From the human T2T-CHM13v2.0 reference genome, Homo sapiens, in the NCBI RefSeq assembly GCF_009914755.1, contig NC_060937.1: a stretch of 64,000 nt of DNA; one strand, given 5' to 3'. The notes under the pieces were generated by a model. That model worked only from the letters and a program-made list of their open reading frames with translations, did not search any database and was not told where the DNA came from. Positions within the stretch are counted from its first letter, which is position 1. Every line of letters starts with the position of its first letter. This document shows positions 56,769-64,000 of the stretch, in pieces. A program made the translations under genes and the position numbers.

Positions 56769-57700
56769 GCTGAATTAGTCATGCATGTGAAGATCCAGCA
56801 ATAAAGAAGAGGAAACACTTGTAACAATACTAAGCTATACTGAGTTTGGCTCATTGGAAAATCAGAAACCGGGTAGCATTTAAGAAGCTTGGTAAGAAAA
56901 ATAGAGAAGATGCTATTACAGCTGTAAGATGCTACCTGAGACTTAGCCAAGAACTAGTTCATATAGGGCCTTGTAGAAATCAGGAGGTTAGACTTTATTC
57001 CAATTTCCGTAAAATACCATCAGAGGATTTGGGGAAGAAAGGATTTGATTAATATCTTATAAAGACCTCTCTGACAGGCAAGAAGAGAGAGAATGGTCCA
57101 GGAGTATGAGAGCAAAGAAGTAGATACTTTGTAAAACGTTTTCACTGCATGGCGATTTGATCTATTTTGGGAATCACAAAATCCTTTTTAAAATGTCTTC
57201 AACAAAAGAAAAAAATTTCTGATTTAAATAAAAAGAAGTCAAACTTCTGATGAGTAAGTAGTTTGTATTTAGTTGATGGATGATTAAAGATCATTTTACC
57301 GTATTGGTTTCCTGGATTACACTAAAAAATGTAGGCAATCCCATCCACTTCATCCAATATCCGTATTAGCATCATCATTAGCAATTTTAAATTTAGGTTT
57401 CATTATTTTCTCCTTTCCTTACCTTTCTTGTTTATTTGCAAACTTAAATTACATTGTATAGTGCATATCTGCATAATGTACATACAATATGTAGCTGTAG
57501 AATCAGCCTTCAATTATTTGTTTGGGTTATTTATTATTTGAATAAGTGAAAGTAGAGAAAGCCATTGTGGGATGATAAATAAATTTATTAACCTTTAAAA
57601 ATTAGATACATGTACAAATATCCTAGGCATAATATCAATGCTTATTCTATGAGTCACTTTAATTTAAATAATCGACAGATTTTTTGTGTGTGTTGTATAG

Positions 57701-58068
57701 TGTATTAGTCCATTCTCACGCTGTCATAAAGAACTGCCTGAGACTAGGTAATTTATTTAAAAATGAGGTTTAATTGACTCACAGTTCTGCATGGCTAGGA
57801 AGGCCTCAGGAAACACAATCATGGTGGAGGGACAGGCAAATATATCCTTCTTCACATGATGGCAGGAAGGGAAAGAATGACAGCCAAGTGAAGGGGGAAG
57901 CCCCTTATAAAACCATCAGTTCTTGTGAGAACTTACTCACTACCATGAGAATAGCGCTGGGGAAACCATTCCCATGATTCAGTTACCTCCCACCAGGTCT
58001 CACCCATGACTTGGGGATTTGGGAAACTATAATTCAACATTTGGGTGGGACACCGCCAAACTATATCA
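57701..58068 (-). mobile_element. THE1D-type MaLR LTR
   Basis: tgtattagtccattctcacgctg ... aaactatatca; 5-bp near-TSD tatag/tacag. Confidence 0.88.
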
Positions 58069-58367
58069 TACAGTCAAAATCTATTACCAAATAAATAAAC
58101 ACAATGACTTTAAAGAGAAAACAATGAGATAATAATATACATTATCAAAGAAGGTTAAGACAACAAATGCTTAATTCTGAATATACAGAACGTTGAAAAC
58201 CAGAAATTTTAGGTCAGTATTCTTTGTCACAATTATAAGGAATATTATTTGTATTTTATAAGTATTTTTATATTTTATATGCATCTGCTTGATTCTGAAA
58301 TATCTAGCTTATGTTATAAGCTAGATATATTATCATCAATGATTTATAAAGCTTTTGTGACTTTCTT

Positions 58368-58675
58368 TCTTTTCTTTCTTTCTTTCTTTTTTTTTTTTTT
58401 AAGAGACAGGATCCTGCTCTGTTGCTGAGGCTGGAGTGCAGTAGCACAAACATAGCTCACTGCAGGCAGCCTCAGACTCCTCCACTCAAATGATCCTCCT
58501 ACCTCCGCCTCCCAGGTAGCTAGGAGTGTGTGCCATCACACTTGGTTAATTTTTTATAGAGACAGAGGTGTTTCTATGTTGCCTAGGCTGGTCTTGAATC
58601 TCTGGTCTCAAGTGTTCCTCCTGCCTCGGCCTTCCAAAGTGCTGAGATTACAGGCATGAACCACTGCATCTGGCC
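58368..58675 (-). mobile_element. AluJ
   Basis: (CTTT)n/T tail, 'aagagacaggatcctgctctgttgctgaggctggagtgc...catagctcactgcag'; TSD gtgactttctt at 58357 and 58680. Confidence 0.9.
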
Positions 58676-59237
58676 TAAAGTGACTTTCTTAATCTGCTGA
58701 AATTGTATGACATTTGTGAATTTTATTATGTATGCATATAGGATATCTACATACACAAATGTGCTTATATATTCAATATCATGACTCAATTTTAATATTT
58801 TATATTAAATAACTTTTGCAAATACATGTAATGATTGCAATTTTTATTAGTTTTAGAACTGTTAGCGTCCCATGAAGACAACAGAAAATGTACTTAATAG
58901 AAATGCTAGATCAAACTTCAAAAGTAAGAAAAAAAATTGTCAGGAAAATCTACTGGGATTGTTCATAAATCAGTGTGTGTAGAATTAAAAATGTGACAGT
59001 ATTCTTAGCTAGACTTCATGAAAAACCTGTATTATCTTGAGAGTATGTCTTGACATTTAAAGTATGTGTAGCAACTCACTGTATCAGAAATGTCCTAGAT
59101 TCCAAGACAGTAGCTCAGATAAACTTTAGAAACATCTCCTGAAGCTGCTTGATTTTTGGAAAATTTTGTGTTTACCAGTGAAACACAGATAGAACTATTC
59201 AAAATACAAGATATTCCTAAAAGACAGAAAAACTTGA

Positions 59238-60617
59238 TTATTTTTTAGTTTTTGTGGGTACTTAGTAGGTGAATATATTTATGGGGTATATGAGATGTTT
59301 TGATACAGGCATGCAGTGTAAAATAATCACAACATGAAGAATGAGGACCCATCCCCTCAAACATTTTTCCTTTGTGTTACAAACAATCCAATTACATATT
59401 TAGTTATTTTTAAATGTGCAATTAAGTTATTATTGACTATGCTACCCCCCACCACCCTTCCCAGCATCTGTGAACCATCTTTCGACTCTCTCTGTCCATG
59501 AGTTCAATTGTTTTGATTCTTAGATCTCACAAATAAGTGAGAACATGCAGTTTGTCTTTCCATGCCTGGCTTATTTCACTTAACATAATGACCTCCAGTT
59601 CCATCCATATTGTTGCAAATGACTAGATCTCATTCTTTTTTATGGATGAATAGTACTCCATTGTGTATATGTACCAGATATTCTTTATCTATTTATGTGT
59701 TAATGGAAATGTAAGTTATTTCAAAAATCTTAGTTATTGTGAATACTGCTGCAAGACACAGGGATTGCAGATAATTCCTCAATATACTGATTTCCTTTCT
59801 TCTGAGTATATACTCAGCAGAGAGATTGCTGGGTAATATGATAGCTCTATTTTCAGTTTTTTGAGAAATCCTGAAACTGTTCTCAATAGTGGTCATACTA
59901 ATTTACATTCCAACCAACAGTGCGTGAGAATTTCCTTTTCTCCATATCCTCATCAGCATTTGTTATTGCCTGTCTTTTGGATAAAAACCATTTTAACTGG
60001 GGTGAGATTATATCTCATTGTAGTTTTGATTTGCATTTCTCTGATGATCAATTATGTTGAGCATTTCATATGCTTGTTTACCACTTTTAGATCATCTTTT
60101 GAGGAATGTCTATTCAAATATTTTGCTCATTTATTGATCAGATTATTAGATTTTTTTAATATAGAGTTGTTTGAGCTCCTTATTTATTCTTGTTGTTAAT
60201 CCTTTGTCAGATGGGCAGTTTGAAAAATAGTTCTTTCCCTTCTGTTGGTTGTCTCTTCACTTTGTTGATTGTTTCATTTGCTGTGCAGAAGCTTTTTAAC
60301 TTGTCATGATCTCATTTGTTCACGTTTGCTTTGATTGCCTGTGCTTGTAGGATATTGCTCAAGAAATTTTTGCCCAGACCAATGCACCGGCAATTTTCCC
60401 CAATGTTTTCTTGTAGTATGTTCATGGTTTGAGCTCTTAGATTAAGTCTTTAATCCATTTTGATTTGATTTTTTATATGGTGAGAAATAAGCATCTACAT
60501 TCATTTTTCTGCATATGGATATCCAGTTCTTCCAGAAACATTACTTGAAGAAACCATCTTTTACCCAGTGTATGTTCCTGGCACATCTGTCAAAAATGAG
60601 TTTATTGTAGGTTTGTG
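59238..60617 (-). mobile_element. L1MA/L1PB 3' end
   Basis: 'tgtgggtacttagtaggtgaatatatttatggggtatatgagatgttttgatacaggcatgca' 3'UTR followed by antisense ORF2 C-terminus. Confidence 0.88.
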
Positions 60618-60629
60618 CCAAGAAGAATC

Positions 60630-60936
60630 TTTTTTTTTTTTTTTTTTTTTTTCTTTTTTTTTTGAGACTGAGTCTCTCACCCAGGCTGGAGTGCGGTGGA
60701 GTGATCTCGGCTCACTGCAACCACCTCCCAAGTTTAAATAATTCTCCTGCCTCAGCCTTCTGAGTAGCTGGGATTACTGGCACCCACCACCATACCTGGC
60801 TAATTTTTGTATCTTCAATAGAGATGGTGTTTCACCATGTGGGCCAGGCTGGTCTGGAACTCCTGATCCCAAGTGATCTGCCTGCCTCAGCTTCCCAAAG
60901 TGCTGGAATTACAGGTATGAGCCAACATGCCCGGTC
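60630..60936 (-). mobile_element. AluS
   Basis: Poly-T then 'gagactgagtctctcacccaggctggagtgc...aagtgatctgcctgcctcagc...gagccaacatgcccgg'. Confidence 0.92.
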
Positions 60937-61328
60937 TGAGAAGAAAAACCTTAATGATTATATGTCTTAATGATTATATGCTATGTCCAAAGATCATACA
61001 TTAAGTCCAAACTTTTACTGAAAATTCACTTTAGAAATTGATATTTCTTTTTTGCAATTATTTACAGCACATCATATGGAATCTGGTGAAACATGATATC
61101 ATTTGTACCTACTAATATGGAGAAATGGCATAACTTTTATATTTATACATGTGCACAACAATTTTTTCATATAGTATTTAATTAATTGTTAAATAATATG
61201 TTTAGTGTTTTAAAATTTTTCATAGAATTGACATTACATTTTCATAAAAATATCTTGAATTGGTCATCATCGTTGCTTTTTTCTTTTTTACAAATGACAA
61301 ATTTTAAGCATTAATACCTTTCAACTAT

Positions 61329-62236
61329 TGTAAATCAAAAATAAAATTCAAAGGCCCTCTGCAACCACCTGAATAAACTCCCTTTTCGACCAGGCACTCT
61401 AAAATTTAACGTGAAAGACTGGTTCAGGCCATGAAGGGAAGAGGGAGTTGGACATGCTTCATTATATCCCTCCAGCATTAACATCAACACAGACCTTATG
61501 CCTGAAAAGAAACATTTACAGTCTATTCTCTCTAAAGCCTGCTACTTGGAGGCTTCATCGGCATAATAAAACCCAGGTATCCACAACCCCTTATCATAAT
61601 CCAGATATTCCTATCTACAGATAATAACTCTTTCAACCAATTGCCAATCAGGATATGTTTAAATCTACCTATGGCCTGGAAGCCTCCTGCTTTGAGTTGT
61701 CCCGCCCTTCCAGATTGAACCAGCATAAATCTTATTTATTTATTTTTTTTTTTTTTGAGACGGAGTCTCGCTCTGTCACCCAGGCTGGAGTGCAGTGGTG
61801 CGATATCAGCTCACTGCAAGCTACGCCTTCCGGGTTAACTTACGCCATTCTCCTGCCTCAGCCTCCTGAGTAGCTGGGACTGCAGGCGCCCGCCACTATG
61901 ACTGGCTAATTTTTTGTATTTTTAGTAGAGACGGGGTTTCACCGTGTTAGCCAGGATGGTCTCGATCTCCTGACCTCATGATCCGCCCCTCTCAGTCTCC
62001 CAAAGTGCTGGGATTACAAGAGTGAGCACTGCACCCGGCCGAACCACTTTAAATCTTACATGAACTGACTGATGTATTATGTATCCCTAAAATGTAAAAA
62101 AGCAAGCTGCACCCCCAACGACCTTGGGCATATATCGTCAGTACCTTCTGAGGCTATGCCACGGGTATGTTTTCAACCTTGGCAAAATAAACTTTTTACA
62201 TTGACTGAGACCTGTCTCAGATATTTGGGGTTTACA
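61329..62236 (+). mobile_element. MER4B-type ERV1 solo LTR interrupted by AluY
   Basis: tgtaaatcaaaaataaaattc ... gagacctgtctcagatatttggggtttaca; near-TSD ctat/ccat; its 3' part is homologous to the MER4A1 copy at 13.5-13.7 kb. Confidence 0.82.
61735..62040 (-). mobile_element. AluY nested in the MER4B
   Basis: 'gcaagct...cgccattctcc', 'accgtgttagccaggatggtctcgatctcc'; imperfect 18-bp TSD gaaccagcataaatctta / gaaccactttaaatctta. Confidence 0.93.
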
Positions 62237-62669
62237 CCATATATACAACTACTAAGTAGCACATATAGAACTAAAAGTTAATCTTTGTCATTGTGTTTTG
62301 AATGTGACATATGGCATTAAAAAAATCCTTTGCAAGTTAGGGCTTTGAGATTCTCTGATTTTGTCCTTCTAGTAGACATCATTCTGCAAATAAAACTCAC
62401 AAGCAAGTGTTCCTTCCTCTAAGGACAGTTATCCTATCACTAATGAGTTCTTTTTTTTTTTTTTCTCTCATTGTTTTTTCCAAGACTTTCTTCCAATGTC
62501 CTTCAACTGGATAACAATTGTGTCTTTTAAAACTAAAGAAATTATGCATTCTTAAAACAAGAACTATATATTTTTTGCAGTATTATCTCCTAGCCTTACA
62601 TCACCCTCGAAACATTCCCCTTTTCAATCTCATGTTGCTCATAGATTTGTATGTGTATGATTTTTGTTT

Positions 62670-63725
62670 TGATACATTAAATTTTGAGAAAATATGCAAA
62701 AATAGTAAAAGAAATTTCTATGTGTCCTTTACGCAATTCACAATTGGCTTACATTTTGCTCCATTTCTTTCAGTATTATTCTTTCTTATATACACATATA
62801 TTTGTATGGCCATTTGAAATATGTTGTATTCTTTTTTCCTAAATATTTTAATGTCTCTTTTTTTCAAAATAAGGACATTGTCTTACATAACCAAAGGACG
62901 TTATCAAAATCTGGAAAATTGGTATTGCATTACCCAGTGCACATTCAAATTTCATCAACTGCCCCAATAATGTCTTTCATAGCTATTTTGTTCTGCTTCA
63001 AAACTCAATCCAGGATTATGTGTTTTTGTATTTAATTGCTCTCTCTCTTTAGATTTCTTATGTTTGCAACATAGGCTCAGCCTTTGTTATTCTTGATGTT
63101 GACATTTTTGAAGACCATAGTGCCTCAATTGGGATTGATGTTTCCTTATTATCAGAGCCATCCTATGCATTTTTGGCAGGAATACCACAGAAATGGTATG
63201 ATGACCTTTCAGTGCTTCAAATCAGGAGGCACCTGATGTCAGTTAGTCTGAATATTAGTAATGTTAAATTTGATCACTTTTTGAAATTGGTGTAAGCTGT
63301 TTCTCCAGTAAGTTATCTCCTTTTGGTTTGCTATTAATAAGTAATTCTTGGGGGTATATTGTGAGAGTGTGTAATTATTCTATTCTTCATTCACCTGCCA
63401 CCTACTTGTTTTAGCACCTATTGATGATACCTTAATTATATATATATATATATATATTTTTATTACTGGGCATTCTACTGTAACGTATTTGTCTATCCAT
63501 TATGATAATTAGTTATTTTCATGCTCAAATTGTCCCAGGTTTAGCCAGTGGGAGCCATCTCAGTGTGGTTTCTATGCTTCATTCTTTCTTTATTTCCTAA
63601 CATCCTGGACAAGATGTTTCCAATTTACCTTGTGCTTTTACTACCCGAGCACTGGAATCAAGCTTTCATTCCAAGAGTCCCTGTTTCCTTAGAGTAGAGG
63701 ATGATGATTAGAAATAAAAATCTGA
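62670..63725 (-). mobile_element. L1MC-type 3' end fragment
   Basis: 'aaaaatagtaaaagaaattt...acattttgctccatt', 'aaggacattgtcttacataacca', 'gcatttttggcaggaataccacagaa'. Confidence 0.65.
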
Positions 63726-63802
63726 GCACTATTTCTCCTTTGTCACTGGGATATAATTGTTTACAGGCTGTCAGAAGATACAATATGTATATTTATTTTT
63801 AT

Positions 63803-63968
63803 CTCTCTCTCTCTCTCTCTATATATATATAGATGTGTATATATATATAAAAATCAATCATTACAAAGAATAAACTGCTGCTGCTTTATATATACATATA
63901 TACTTATATATACACATATGTGCATATATATGTACATATGCATATGTATATGTACATATATACGTACA
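63803..63968. repeat. (TC)n(TA)n and (TA/CA/TG) alternating repeats
   Basis: ctctctctctatatatat... and tatatacacatatgtgcatatatatgtacatatgcatatg... Confidence 0.8.
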
Positions 63969-64000
63969 TTTCAATCCACTATCACAAGAAACACTGTAGC

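Noticed and set aside
60950-60980. Tandem duplication cttaatgattatatg x2
   Set aside because: Simple slippage duplication; only two units, not an array.

Overview
AT-rich, CpG-poor primate (AluY-bearing, human/ape-like) genomic DNA with no recognisable host protein-coding exon, CpG island, rRNA/tRNA gene or CRISPR array; it is intergenic or deep-intronic and dominated by transposable elements. The main feature is a full-length (~8.66 kb) but coding-defective HERV-E provirus on the + strand (29417-38079: LTR2, PBS(Glu), gag, pro/pol, env, PPT, LTR2) inserted into an old L1M fragment. Around it lie about ten Alus (several with target-site duplications, three nested inside LTRs), solo ERV1 LTRs (LTR1, MER4A1, MER4B, LTR27/28-like, MER39-like, MER31/67-like), MaLR LTRs, L1 fragments (one 5'-inverted), DNA-transposon MITEs and microsatellites. 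The least obvious signal is a stop-riddled but single-frame hAT/Charlie-type transposase fossil at ~47.09-47.66 kb that the ORF track misses. Repeat family names come from recalled consensus sequences, not a database search. I found no convincing novel biological system beyond these TE-derived observations.
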